Made by a program: the position numbers and the translations under genes. DNA of 64,000 bases from the human T2T-CHM13v2.0 reference genome, Homo sapiens. The stretch lies in assembly GCF_009914755.1 (NCBI RefSeq), contig NC_060925.1. The stretch is one strand, 5' to 3'. Under the pieces are notes generated by a model. It searched no databases and was not told where the DNA came from. It worked only from the letters and a program-made list of their open reading frames with translations. Positions 41,180 to 55,230 of the stretch are shown piece by piece (position 1 is the first letter of the stretch; every line of letters starts with the position of its first letter).

Positions 41180-44100
41180 ATGACAGGATCAAATTCACAC
41201 ATAACAATATTAACCTTAAAGGTAAGTAGGCTAAATGCTCCAATTAAAAGACACAGACTGGGAAATTGGATAAAGAGTCAAGACCCTTCAGTGTGCTGTA
41301 TTCAGGAAACCCATCTCATGTGCAGAGACACACATAGGCTCAAAATAAAGGGATGGAGGAAGATCTACCAAGCAAATGGAAAGAAAAAAAAAGGGGGTGG
41401 GGATGCAGTCCTAGTCACTGATAAAACAGACTTTAAACCAACAAAGATCAAAAGAGACAAAGAAGGCCATTACATAATGGTAAAGGGATCAATTCATGAA
41501 GGAGAACTACCCTAAATATATATGCACCCAATACGGGAGCACCCAAATTCATAAAGCAAGTCCTGAGAGACCTAAAAAGAGACTTAGACTCCCACACAAC
41601 AATAATGGGAGACTTTAACACCCTACTGTCAATATTAGACAGATGAACGACACAGAAGGTTAACAAGGATATCTAGAACTTGAACACAGCTCTGCACCAA
41701 GTGGACCTAAAAGACATCTACAGAACTCTCCACCCCAAATCAACAGAATATACATTCTTCTCAGCACCACATTGCACTTATTCTAAAATTGACCACATAA
41801 TCAGAAGTAAAGCACTCCTCAGCAAATGTAAAAGAATGGAAATCACGACAAACTGTCTCTCAGACCACAGTGTAATCAAATTAGAACTCAGGACTAAGAA
41901 ACTCACTCAAAACTGAACAATTACGTGGAAAGTGAACAACATGCTCCTGAATGACTACTCGGTTAAATAATGAAATGAAAGCAGGAATAAAGGTGTTCTT
42001 TGAAACCAATGAGAACAAAGACACAACATACCAGAATCTCTGGGACACATTTAAAGCAGTGTGTAGAGGGAAATTTATAGAACTAAATGCCCATAAGGGA
42101 AAGCAGAAAAGATCTAAAATTGACACCCTAACATCACAATTAAAAGAACTAGAGAAACAAGAGCAAACAAAGTAAAAAGCTAGTGGAAGGCAAGAAATAA
42201 CTAAGATCAGAGCAGAATTGATGGAGATAGAGACATAAAAAACCCTTCAAAAAATCAATGAATCCAGGAGCTGGTTTTTTGAAAAGATCAGCAAAATTGA
42301 TAGACTGCTAGCAAGCCTAATAAAGAAGAAAAGAGAGAAGAATTAAATATACACAATAAAAAAAGATACAGGGGATATCACCACTAATCCCACAGAAATA
42401 CAAACTACCATCAGAGAATACTATAAACACCTCTATGCAAATAAACTAGAAAATCTAGAAGAAATGGATAAATTCCTGGACACATTGACCCTCCCAAGAC
42501 TAAACCAGTAAGAAGTTGAATCTCTGAAAAGACCAATAACAGGCTCTGAAATTGAGGAAATAATTAATAGCCTACCAACCAAAAAAAAAAAAAAATCGGG
42601 AACCAGACAGATTCACAGTCAAATTCTACAAGAGGTATAAAGAAGAGATGGTACCATTCCTTCTGAAACTATTCCAATCAATAGAAAAAGAGGAACTTCT
42701 CCCTAACTCATTTTATGAGGCCAGCATCATCATGACAGCAAAGCCTGGCAGAGACACAATAAAAAAACAGAATTTTAGACCAATATCCCTGATGAACATC
42801 GATGCAAAAATCCTCAATAAAATACTGGAAAACCGAATCCAGCAGCACATCAAAAAGCTTATCCACCACGATCAAGTGGGCTTCATCCCTGGGATGCAAG
42901 GCTGGTTCAACATATGCAAATCAATAAACGTAATCCATCACATAAACAGAACCAATGACAAAAACCACATGATTATCTCAATAGATACAGAAAAGGTCTT
43001 TGACAAAATTCAACAGTCCTTCATGCTAAAAACTCTCAATAAACTAGGTATTGATGGAACGTATCTCAAAATAATAAGAGCTATTTATGACAAACCCACA
43101 GCCAATAGCATACTGAATGGGCAGAAACTGGAAGCATTCCCTTTGAAAACCGGCACAAGACGAGGATGCCCTCTCTCACCACTCCTATTCGACATAGTGT
43201 TGGAAGGGCATAGTGTTGGCCAGGGCAATCAGGCAAGAGAAAGAAATAAAGGGTATTTAATTAGGAAAAGAGGAAGTCAAAATGTCCCTGTTTGCAGATG
43301 ACATGATTTTATCTGTAGAAAACCCCATCGTCTCACCCCAAAATCTCCTTAAGCTGATAAGCAACTTCAGCAAAGTCTTAGGATACAAAATCAATGTGCA
43401 AAAATCACAAGCATTCCTATACACCAATAACAGACAAAGAGGGAGCCAAATCATGAGTGAACTCCCATTCACAATTGCTACAAAGAGAATAAAATACCTG
43501 GGAATCCAACTTACAAGGGATGTGAAGGACCTCTTCAAGGAGAACTACAAACCACTGCTCAATGAAATAAAAGAGGACAAAAACAAATGGAAGAACATTC
43601 CATGCTCATGGATAGGAAGAATAAATATCATGAAAATGGCCATACAGCCCAAGGTAATTTATAGATTCAATGCCATCCCCATCAAACTACCAGTGACTTT
43701 CTTCACAGAATTGGAAAAAACTACTTTGAGGTCCATATGGAACCAAAAAAGAGCCCACATAGCCAAGACAATCCTAAGTAAAAAGAACAAAGCTGGAGGC
43801 ATCACGCTACCTGACTTCAAACTATACTACAAGGCTACAGTAACCAAAACAGCATGGTACTGGTACCAAAACAGATATATAGATCAATGGAACAGAATAC
43901 AGGCCTCAGAAATAACAGCACACATCTACAACCATCTGATCTTTGAAAAATTTGACAAAAACAAGAAATGGGGAAAGGATTCCCTATTTAATAAATGGTG
44001 CTGAGAAAAACTGGCTAGCCATATGTAGAAAGCTGGAACTAGATCCCTTCCTTACTCCTTATACAAAAATTAATTCAAGATGGATTAAAGACTTAAATAT

Positions 44101-45022
44101 TAGACCTAAATCCATAAAAACTCTAGAAGAAAACCTAGGCAATACCATTCAGGACATAGACATGGGCAAAGACTTCATGACTAAAACACCAAAAGCAATG
44201 GCAACAAAAGCCAAAATAGACAAATGGGATCTAATTTAACTAAAGAGCTTCTGCACAGCAAAAGAAACTACCATCAGAGTGAACAGGCAACCTGCAGAAT
44301 GGGAGAAAATTTTTGCAATCTACCCATCTGACAAAGGGCTAATATCCAGAGTCTACAAAGAACTCAAACAAATTTACAAGAAATAAACAAACAACCCCAT
44401 CAAAAAATGGACAAAGGATACAAACAGACACTTCTCAAGAGAAGACATTTATGCAGCCAACGGACACATGAAAAAATGCTCATCATCACTGGCCATCAGA
44501 GAAATGCAAATCAAAACCACAGTGAGATACCATCTCATGCCAGTTAGAATGGCGATGGTTAAAAAGTCAGGAAACAATAGATGCTGGAGAGGATGTGGAG
44601 AAATATGAATGCTTTTACACTGTTGGTGGGAGTGTAAATTATTTCAAGCATTGTGGAAGACAGTGTGGCGATTCCTCAAGGATCTAGAACCAGAAATTCC
44701 ATTTGACCCAGCAATCTTATTACTGGGTATATACCCAAAGGATCATAAATCATGCTACCGTAAACACACAGGCACACATATGTTTATTGTGGCACTTTTC
44801 ACAATAGCAAAGACTTGGAACCAACTCAAATGTCCATCAATGATAGACTGGATTAAGAAAATGTAGCACATATACACCATGGAATACTATGCAGCCATAG
44901 AAAAGGATGAGTTCAGGTCCTTTGCAGGGACATGGATGAAGCTGGAAACCATCATTCTCAGCAAACTATCACAAGGATAGAAAACCAAACACTGCATGTT
45001 CTCACTCATAGGTGGGAAGTGA
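41180..45022 (+). pseudogene. L1 ORF2p remnant (endonuclease/RT), frameshifted with stops
   Basis: MTGSNSHITIL start, [24 protein letters not shown] and FADD motifs spread over several frames. Confidence 0.95.
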
Positions 45023-48000
45023 ACAATGAGAACACTTGGACACAGGGCAGGGAACATCACACACTGGGGCCTGTTGGGGGGTTGGGGGCTAGGGGAGGGA
45101 TAGCATTTGGAGAAATACCTAATGTAAATGATAGTTGATGGGTGCAACAAACCAACATGGCACATGTATACCTATGTAACAAACCTGCACATTGTGCACA
45201 TGTGCACAATAAAAAAAAGTAGAAATATGTGCACAATAAAAAAAAATAGAAAGACAGGAAAATGTAAAATAGTGTCATTTTAGTGTTAATTAACATATCA
45301 GATTATCTTTCAGTGGAAAAATACAGGCAGCATGAAAGTGTCATTAAAAAGTTGAGTCTGTTGAGTTTGTGTTGGGGGTAAAAAGAAATCTGAAAATGTG
45401 AAAAATTGCAAGTACAGATTAGCTTTTTTCAATTTTGCCATCACTGGCATGAGGCTGTTAGAATCCTGTCTAACAAATGTATGAAACCGTAAAAATATTT
45501 TTCTTGTCGTTTAACTTGGTTCTGGAAATTCTAAAGGGAGACTTTCAAATAAAGTACAATTAATCACTCCAAATTCAGTCATTTTGAGACACTTTGTTTC
45601 TGGAATAATTGAATAATTATATGATACTTTTAATGCAAGTTTTTGATACATATTTCTATACCCCAAACTGAAAACTACTTCAGAAAAAGGATAATTTCAT
45701 AAAGTTTTGCATCTTGAGAACTTTTGAATTGAATAAAACAATTTTATGTTGAAAAATAGAAGATTTTTGTTTTCTGGTTCTATTCTGTACTTTGTTTTTT
45801 AGTTTTTCCCTTCCCTTCTCTTTCCTCTATCCATTTTTTAGCTCCTTGCTCATATTTTTAATCAACTTATAGCACCTAGTTCTGTGATTTGAACATGGTA
45901 GGTGCTGAACAGTGTTTGTTAAATTGAATTTAAGTCAACATCACCACATATGGGCCCATTTTACCTACAATTTTAGGGCAAGGTTGACTTTTTGTCTTTC
46001 TGTTGAGTGATGAAAGCAATTTGGCAGGAGCTAGTAACTTTTCATTCCCTGGAATCACTTTTATTATTTATATACTATTTGTAGTACAAACATGTTTCCA
46101 CGAACTTAAGCGACTAGAATGTAGTTTTCTACTTAAATTCAATTCCTCTATTTAGGAAACTTCTATCACATAGAGTTTGGCAAAATTCAGAAACTGGTAA
46201 GAAAAAAATGACTGCAACTATTCTTGGGATAGAAGAGAACAGAGATGAGAAATATTCATTAAATCCCTTCACTCTTACCAGACCCATAACTGTTTCCAGA
46301 ACCCATTCAATCTAATTTTGTGTCTTGCACCATTTTATTTTGGGCTTACTGAACTTCACTGCCACAGGATGGGGAATGGGTTTGGCAACACAGTTCAGAC
46401 TATTCTTTTTTCCTCTCTCTTATCCCATCTTCCTCCTAAATGGTTTGGGTCTTGGCAAAACCAAAAAGTGTTTTTCTCTAGTGCTTTTAATTTTTTTGTG
46501 TGTTTAATTTTTAACTAAGTGTGCATTTCAAAGAGAATGTAACCCAGCTGTTTTTTATTCTTTTAAACAACAAAATGGTAATTTGTAAAAACCATTCAAT
46601 GTCCAAGAAGACTTTAGCCCCTTAAAAAAAAAAAAGAAAGCTTTTCTTTCTTTGAACCAAGAATACAAGCCTTGCCAAAAGGGAAGAGTTGGAACCAAGA
46701 AAGACTGGGATTTGATTTAATTTAAACTTAGAATTTATAAGTGAGAGAATGATTGCAGCCTTGGCAGAATGTAAGTATTTCCAGGTAACTGAAATTTAAC
46801 TCTTTTATTTATGAGCCTTGACCACATCCAATAGTGGTACTTCTATATTCTCTTCCCTGAGGATTTCTTGGAAGGGAAAATAGTGTCTATGTGTGTGAGG
46901 CTTTTGGAAAGTGGGGACAATGAGCAAGCAGTTGTAACAGAAGGAATAGTAATCCTACATACCCAGCAGCACTGAAACAAAAAAGTAAAATCAACGCTGA
47001 GGTCTCAATATTTATAAAAATGATCATTTTCACAGAAGCGAAAATGAAATTTACTCTTAAATTATTTACAAGTAATTTACTGAATGATTATGACTTTTAA
47101 TAAAAATAGAAAGAAAGAGAGATATTTCACTTATGAGAGAGAACATTTCCTAATTCTGGAAAGATCTATTGTGATACAGTAATTCATATTTTAATCATTA
47201 ACTTTTATGTACTCACTGAAACAGATTACTAAAGTTCCTCCATTTGGCAAAACTTTGTTTTTCTAATTAGATTGTTTTCCCAGTAATTGGACGTAACGAA
47301 ACTGTATTTGTCTGAAGACATTTTATAATTCAAACATTTCATTAATGGCGAACAAACTTTCTCCATTTTCTATTGCTCTGAATTAAATTTTACTGGCAGT
47401 TAAGAAGAGATTATTTTTACAGATTTTTCTATTAAAAAAGATAAATTGTTCACATGATAAAACTGGATGTTAGTAAGAATTATGTTGATAACCGCAGCAA
47501 ATTTGGCCCAGACACATTATTTCCTACTGACTTAAAAGTGATACCACTTTCTATTATAAGACTACTTTGCATTTGTTATCTCTAGTGTTCTTTTGGCATT
47601 GGTCTAGTAATGTTTTATACTTGTTTCTTACTTTTAAAAGTTTTATTCTAAATGAAGTTCAGTTTAACATACGTGCACTGAGAGCCTACTATGTGCCTGG
47701 TGTTGTCAGGACTCCAGAGAATCAAATACAAAAAAGTAAAAATTCATTCTCGCTGGTAATCTCACTGTGGACTGGCTGCAGGGTAGCAGAGGGGGTGGGT
47801 GTGAGGGCAAGAAAGGGACTGAACACCATAAAAAGGACAAATGCAATTTCAGAGGGTGGAGAAGAATTAGGGCCTCTAACTCATCAGAGCTTCATAGGAA
47901 GTAGAAAAAGAAAGTTCTTGTTCAGGTGAGAAGTAGCTCCTAGAGGCGCATGGTTTGCAAAGTGGACAGTGCCTACGTGCAGGGAAAAATAAGTTGGTGC

Positions 48001-49109
48001 TTCTGGGTGGCTACCGCCCACACTTGGACTGTTTGCCTGGAAAGGGTGGCAAGGACTGGATTTGAGGCCTCATTTACTTTGCCTGCTACATTGACTCTCT
48101 GAGGAGACAAGAGACAAGAGGCATAACTACTGCATTGACTCTCTGAGGAGACAAGAGGAATCGGGAGAAAACTCATGTCTGATAAAAAGCTTTAAGAGGT
48201 TGTTGCGGGGATTATGATTTTAAACCCCCAACATAATCTTACAAAAGCTTCACCAAAATCTCTATTGTTTAAGAATGCTTTTGGTGCTTTTTTCTTTTTT
48301 TCCTGGAAGATATTAAGTAGTATTGAAATCTGCATCAAAATTGATTTGAGGGGTCAACAGAGGATAAGACATCTGAATCACAAAGATAACTAAGTCACAC
48401 TCCTGCCCTGGAGTATCTCACTGACTAGTGGAGACAGATGGACAATCTAGAGAGGTAATTTGAATATAGTCTGGTAAACTCAAATATCATATATGCAGAG
48501 GGTGTGCTGTCTCAGAGAGCAGGGGCCATATCTAAGCTCTGTCCTGGACAATACCTAGCAACATTCACGTATGTGGTACATAACTACTTGCAGAATCAAA
48601 CTGCAGAAATAGTGCAACTCTGGATCTACTTACTAATCTATTTTTCTCACCTTCAAAATTTTTTCTTAAACTAAATCAGTTATAATTTATTTACTTTTCC
48701 TCAGATCCAAAGGAAATAAAATAGTTTGAGAAAGAATGAATGGGCAACTTTGAGGCATTTTTTTGAAAACCATGTGTGTTTTTACTTCCTATTTCCTTAT
48801 TGTTTAGAAAACAAATACATGAATAAAATTCAAGTTCAATAGCTTGTGCAGATTTTTCTTAAGCTAGTAATAGAAAGCACCAAGAATCCCAGTGCTTTGC
48901 ATTGTGAGAAATTTGAACTGTTCTGGGCATTTATTTTAATGGTAACAAATGTGTAGCAGAGAAAAAAGAAGAAAAAAAAATATGACAACATGAAGTCATC
49001 ATCCTTCCAGTCCAGGGTGAGAGCTCTTAGAATGCCTTAGTGATGGATATACTGAAGGACAGAACCGATTACAAAAAGACTAGGGCTGATAGGACCACAC
49101 AAGAAAAGA

Positions 49110-49400
49110 GCAGTGGCTCACACCTATAATCCCAACACTTTGGGAGGCCGAGGCAGGAGGATTGCTTGAGGCCTGGAGTTTGAGACTAGCCTAGGGAACA
49201 TGAAAAGATCCTGTCTCTACAAAATACACAGAATTAGTCGAATGCAGTGGTGTGTGGCTGTAGTCCCAGCTATTTGGGAAGTTGAGGTGAGATCAAGTTT
49301 GCGTTGAACCGTGATCATGCCACTGCACTCCAGCCTAGGCAACAGAGTGAGACTCTGTCGCAAAAAAAAAAAAAAAAAAAAAAAAAAGAAAAGAAAAAGA
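49110..49400 (+). mobile_element. AluJ, slightly 5'-truncated, with a right-arm deletion and long A tail
   Basis: 'ggaggattgcttgaggcctggagtttgagactagcc'; TSD aaagagcag on both sides. Confidence 0.9.
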
Positions 49401-50184
49401 AAGAGCAGGTTGGTGAGAACTGGCTTGGGCAAAAAGAGAAGGATGTGGAAAACATAGAAACCTCAGGCTATTTGACTACATTATATTGTGGAAAAGATGG
49501 AAAGGCTTGAAAAGGCTTGCATCCAAAAAAAAGTCTTTGAAAAATGTCATTCTTATTGTTATAGTGCCCTGTGAGTCTCTACAGTTTTTCTTTGCCTCTT
49601 GGAGTTTTTGTATTAAAATTACAATACCCTTGGTTTTTACAATTTTTTTTTTACCATTATTTGTCAAGAACTAAGTATTGCTTTTTTACCTATGACAACA
49701 ATTTGAAAAGGAAAATCTGTGTGGAGTCAGGAAGTAGGTTCTCCTGACTGGAGAAAAAGATCCAGGAGGACAAGTGGGAAGATGCTAGAGGAAACCTATG
49801 GTTGCTTCACAAATTTCTTCAAGGACAGCCTTACCCTACAAAACAGACATCGTCCTTATGACCTAACACTTTGGTAATCAAGATATAAACTCATCCACTT
49901 TCTTGCTTGCATGGAAAGAAGGAAGAGAATGCATATATAGTCAATATCTGTGAATTATTAGGTGTTTTTGCAAATGATCTTTTATGTACTTAAAACAATT
50001 GCATGGTATACCAGTTATCATTTCTATAGCTAATGAAAAACAGAGTTGGAATGTAAAACCAGAATTCTAACTTTGAGTTCAATTCTCTTTTTCCTTTTCA
50101 AGATGATTGTTCATTTCCTGGCTCTACTTGTTTCCTTTTTCTCTCTAACTATCCCACTATTGGTATTTTGGATATTCTTAGTCA

Positions 50185-50340
50185 CATCTTCTCAGAACAA
50201 CTCCCTGAATTAGGTACTATTGTCCCAATTTATAGATGAGGTAATTGAGGCACAAACAGATGAGACAACAGGCCAGCGTTGCAGAGCTAGATAACAGTGC
50301 AGCCAGGATCCGTCTCAGGTACGCAGCCATGCTCTGAGCC
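50185..50340 (-). mobile_element. MIR
   Basis: 'taggtactattgtcccaattttatagatgaggtaattgaggcaca'. Confidence 0.7.
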
Positions 50341-51877
50341 ACCCCTGGGGCTTTTTCTGCCTCTTGGTTTCCAAGAGGCCATCCCATTTTGACTGTGACC
50401 TCCCTAGCATCCTGAGGACCCACTGGCTTATTTGTTGTGGGTATCAGTAGAGGCCTGAAAAAAACTTCCAGTGACCTTGGCACTGAGATGATCTACAAGT
50501 AGATGTGCAAAATTTGGCCGTTGCCATGGTCCCTTCAATAAGGCCAGATTAGTGATGGGAAAACTGAAGAGTTTTGTCTGGCGTGGAGTTCCTGTGACTG
50601 CTTTCATCCTGGTGCTGTCCAAGACCAATTTGGAGTTTACAGAAAGAACTAATGGGAACCAGAATAATTGGAAACATTTTGCAGAGATAAGCTAGCAAGT
50701 TCAGACTTCTATTTTTTTCTAATGAAAAAACCATAAAGGAAATATGTCAGAGAGTGAATATTGCTATCTCCCCTCCATCTCTAGTGGAAAGCAAGCAGGT
50801 AAGCAACAGGATACAGGGTGTCTTAGCAGAGTCTCTCATAACTCTGCCCCTCACTTGAGTGTAAATCATTCTCCAATTGCAGATCAGACATAAATCGTTC
50901 TGAAACCAGTGCTCACCAAATGTCATTGTGTTATTGAGACATAAATCCTATGTCAGCTCGATGAAATGTCTATGGCCATTGCATTAAACAAGTCAAGGCA
51001 ACTATTTAACGATTTCCAAACATTCTATTATTAAAGTTCAGACAAGAGGTTTGAGAGGAAAGCCATGTTGAAGTGGACTTTAAACAGCCATTTCTCACAT
51101 TTGTTTGATGAACAATAGCTGTAATGAGTGCCCCAGCTCTGAAGTCCGTCTCAGCAGAAGGGCTTAGAATGGACAACATAGGTCATCAAGAGGAAGCAGC
51201 CCTGAGTTTTGGGAGCCCCCTTTGACCTTTGCAACCTCTCAGTATGTAAAGCACAGGCATCTGTATTTTATGTTGATGTTCATCTCAGGCATCTCTGTTT
51301 TAACCTGTCTCTAGAGCACCTTCTACAGAGTGAAGAATGACAAGAACTTACTTTGTCCAACAGTTGTGATACCAGTCATCTACTAAGAGCTCCCATATAT
51401 GTAAATTAAGTAGAGCATTTTATACCTGGACAGCTCCTTAGAGTTTCTGAGAATTTCTCCATGCATTTGATCTACATCCTGTTCCCCTTTCCCTGCTACT
51501 CTATAGAAAAATTGAAATGATCAAAAAAAGAACTTTTCTAACATCTTGCATCTACACTACAAATTTATCTGCATCTTCTTTTCCATCCCTGATGTCAGCA
51601 TGGGAGACATTTTCTTCCGTTGACCCACAATGAGTCATTCCACCTATCCTGGAGTTTCATCCTTTTTGTCCCTCCCCCACAACGCCCACAGGGACTTTGC
51701 AGTACTGAATTTTTTCTCATCCTTGCTCTATGTACAACCTTTTCTTTTTTTACTGACCCCTTCCCATTAGCATTTAAACAGACTCAAGTCCTCCACACAT
51801 TTAAATAAACAAATAAGCCTCTGTCAAACTCCACCCCCATCTTCTGCCTTATATGTATCCTTTCACTGCTAAACTTT

Positions 51878-52090
51878 TGTAAAATGGATACGTAATAATT
51901 GTACATATTTACAGGGTACACATGGCATTTTGATGCATGCATACAAACTGTAATGATCAAATCGGGGTAGTTGAGATATCCATTACCTCAAATATTTATC
52001 ACTTCTTTGTGTTGGGAACATTCCAAATCTTCTCTTTTAGTTGTTTTGGAAATACACAATGAGTTATTTGTAACTATGTTCACCCTACTC
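51878..52090 (-). mobile_element. L1MA-type 3' end inserted in an L2-like region
   Basis: 'aataattgtacatattta...tgtaatgatcaaatcggggta...tttgtgttgggaacattccaaatc'. Confidence 0.8.
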
Positions 52091-52149
52091 TCCTACTCTT
52101 CACCTCCCGTTTAATCCTCAAGTCATGACAGTCTGCCAAAGTCACTGGG

Positions 52150-52520
52150 TAGGTTAGAAGTCTGGCTATAAGTACAAGAAAACCCAACCCAAACTGGATT
52201 AAATTATGAAGGAAATTTTGGCTCACTTAATTGGAATACCAGGGGTAGAACACTGATCAGACATCATTCCATCCTGTGGCTCCAGGTCTGCTCTCCTACA
52301 TGAATCGACTGGGCACAAGATGGCTGCAGTTGGTCCTGACTTCACCTTGGCACACAAACAGTATTCAGAAGACAGAAAGCCATCCCTTCTTATGGGTTTT
52401 TTGGAAGCATAGAAACTTTTCCCACAAAGTCTCAGAAATTTCCTTTCACATTTTCTTGGTGTGAATTATGTGTTATGTGCCAATTCCTGAAACAATTCTT
52501 AAGGCCAGAGGGACGCCATG
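52150..52520 (-). mobile_element. Old MLT1-type LTR
   Basis: 'ggctataagtacaagaaaacccaacccaaactggattaaa...caagatggctgca'. Confidence 0.5.
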
Positions 52521-52559
52521 CAAGTGTCTCACTTACAAATATTAAAATTTCTCATGTAT

Positions 52560-52763
52560 CAGTGGTTCTCAACCAGGAGTGATTTTATCCCTGAGGGTAC
52601 ATTTGGCATTGTCTGGAGTCATTTTTTACGGTTATGACTGTAACCGTGTGGTAGTAATGGCATCTAGTGGGTAGAGGCCAGCGATGCTGCAAAACATCCT
52701 ACCATGCACAGGATATCCCCCTACAACAAAGAATTACTAACCTAAAATATCAATAGTGTCAAC
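52560..52763 (+). mobile_element. MER20
   Basis: 'cagtggttctcaacc...ggcatctagtgggtagaggccag...atgcacagga...acaacaaagaatta'. Confidence 0.9.
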
Positions 52764-52934
52764 ACTCTTTGTTATCTCCCACCTCCCATAAATCACTAGC
52801 CTCTGTGAATGCTAACTCTCACTTTCCTACTTCAAGTAACTATCATTGTTCACTTGTATTATTTCACTTGCATCATTTTTCTAACTGGGATGTCCAATTT
52901 TGCTGCCACTCAATTCACTTTGCATAATGCATTC

Positions 52935-53410
52935 TATGTCAATTAAGATCTGGCTATTTAAGAAATAAAATAAAAATAAACAAGATATAAATTGATTTTT
53001 CTCTCACGCAAAAGAAGTCTGAAGTTAGGTGGGTCCAGGGTTAAAAGTAGAGTTCCTTGGCATGGACCCAAGTTTGTTCTATCTTGCTACTTTGCTATCT
53101 TTAGCATATGAATTTTTCTATGTGTTCCAAAGCATTTGATTGAACAATGGCAATCACAACCATTGTGTCAACTAGCAAGAAGGGAAAATGACAAAGAAGG
53201 GGTTAACTTCCTAGAAGTTAACCATATTTATTCTGCTTACAGCTCATCAGACATTTATTTAGTCCTACTTCCACGCTTAGCTATGAAAGGCTAGCAAATG
53301 TGGGGCTTATTTCAAGTGCCCGTGGATTTAACTAAAAATTACTATTTCTACTATTAAGGAAGGTGTGAGAAAATACATATTGTGTAACAACCAAATAGTC
53401 TCTGCCAGAA
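52935..53410 (-). mobile_element. Old MLT1-type LTR
   Basis: 'acaagatataaattgatttttctctcacg...ttctatcttg...tagtctctgcca'. Confidence 0.5.
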
Positions 53411-53543
53411 AGTCAGAGTCATCTTTCTAAAGAGAAAAAATGGTCATGCAATTGCTGCTTAAAAATCCTTTTTAGATGACTCTATATGACAAATAGAATA
53501 AATTTCGAACCCTCTAATTAAAGAGGTTTAAAATGCTAATCAC

Positions 53544-53808
53544 AGCTGGGTGTGGTGGCTCATGTCTGCAATCCTACCACTTAGGGAAGCAGAGGCAGGT
53601 AGATTGTTTGAGTCCAGGTGTTTAAGACCAGCCTGGGCAACATGGTGAAGCTCTGACTCTACAATAAATACAAAAAAAATTAGCCAGGCATGGTGGTGTG
53701 CACCTGTAGTTCCAGCTACCTGGGAGGCTGAAGTGGAAGGATCACCTGAGCCAAGGCACTCCAGCCTGGGTGACAGAGTGAAACCCTGTCTCAAAAAAAA
53801 AAAAAAAA
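53544..53808 (+). mobile_element. AluJ with a right-arm deletion, nested in L2
   Basis: 'cctgagccaaggcactccagcc' junction; TSD aaaatgctaatcac/aaaatgcttatcac. Confidence 0.9.
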
Positions 53809-53809
53809 T

Positions 53810-54250
53810 GCTTATCACTCTTTGATCTGTGCTGAACTTCTCTGGTCTTGTCTTTAATGATTTCCCCAAACTTATGCTATCTTCTCAAATGCAGTTATAC
53901 TGCACTTATTAACAGGTTCCTAAATTACTCTTTCTCTTTGTCTCTCTCTATGCCGCCTTCTCTGCCTGAATTGCCCCTCCTTCACTTACCTAACTTCTGC
54001 TCCTTGTTTCTCTCTTTTCTCAGATCAGATGTTATTTTCTCTGGGACTCCTTTCTGGACACATCATGACTGAGTGAGGAGCCTCTCTTCTGTTTTCCCAC
54101 AGCCCAAAATGCTCAGCCCTGTTTGAACAAAGTGTTGTCATTGCCACTTTTCTTCTTGCATTGGCCCTTTAAGTTGTGATTCTTTAGGGCAAAGATTGTG
54201 TCATAATACATAGTAAGCACTTATTAAATAATACTTGAATAAATGACTGC
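53810..54250 (+). mobile_element. L2 3' fragment
   Basis: Ends 'acatagtaagcacttattaaataatacttgaataaatga'. Confidence 0.6.
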
Positions 54251-54794
54251 ATTACCTCATTTGGCCCTCAGAAACACCCTTCAAGGTAAGCAACGTTATT
54301 TATTTTTACAGACTAATTAACTGAAGTTAAGGAAATTTATGTGTGCCCAAAGCCATAACACCAGCAAGAGGCAGAACTTGGGCTGCTTCCAATTCTGATT
54401 TCCAATCTGGTTCTCACTTTACAATACCACAGTTTTTTTTTTTTTTTTTTTAACTTATCCTCTCTTACACTTACACTGTAATATTGACTTTGTGCTTTGT
54501 GTCCATGGTCATTTCGCAGTAGCACCCACTTGCCACTTTCAATTCACTCTAAGTTGTTACGGATCTTTCAACTGTTTTCCGTTCAGTCTTATATATGCAG
54601 ATGTTATAAACCTCTCTCCATGTATGCCTTTGCCTTGAAAGTATTTAAGACAAATGCAAAACCTGAAGGACGTCATTGGTTCCCTATCCAATCTTCCTCT
54701 TCGGCTTTACTGAAAATATAATTCCTTTTGTTTAGATATTTGGTGGCCTTGTGTTTTAGAGAAAGCTGAGCTTCCCTGATCCACAAAGGCAATC

Positions 54795-55230
54795 TGTATT
54801 AGTCTAAGCAAGGATAGTAATCCTATTCCCCTTTCTAGGAGCTCATTTAGGAATGGGCGTATAAAACCAATTTGCCAATAATATTTAAAGGAAAGTCTAC
54901 TACAGTGCATCCTGTTTTTTTTTTTAAAAAAAGGACACATTGAGAGGTTGTGGCATGTCTGTCTCCATGCTGTCATCAGCATTTCATCTTTTCATCTGCT
55001 TTGACCATCTTGGGTCCACAAGGAGTGTCAGTATGCTGAAGACGGCAGAGGGGACAGACAGATGCATCTGGTTCCTGATGACCTCCCTGAGTTTTGAATA
55101 GGTCAACTCCTGAACTGTCCTACCTTAAGATTTCCTGTCATGTGAGAACCTCAACATTACTTAACATTTAAGCCACTCATACTTGCATTTTTTCTGCTTC
55201 CTGCAAGCAAGAGCATTCTAAATAGAATAC
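54795..55230 (+). mobile_element. Old MLT1-type LTR
   Basis: 'gtaatcctattccccttt...tttaggaatgggc...tttaagccact...cctgcaagcaagagcattct'. Confidence 0.5.

Larger units (their letters stand above)
39064..45246 (+). mobile_element. Near full-length inactive LINE-1, L1PA6-like
   Basis: 5'UTR 'aagatggctgaatagga', ORF1 and ORF2 remnants, 3'UTR G-tract; TSD tagaaagacagga at 39051-39063 and 45247-45259. Confidence 0.95.

Noticed and set aside
42648-44004. 217-aa and 240-aa RT-like ORFs as a novel reverse-transcriptase system
   Set aside because: They are consecutive frameshifted pieces of ordinary L1 ORF2p
48089-48157. Repeat-spacer-repeat as a CRISPR-like array
   Set aside because: Only two units, spacer partly copied from the repeat, primate DNA, no cas genes
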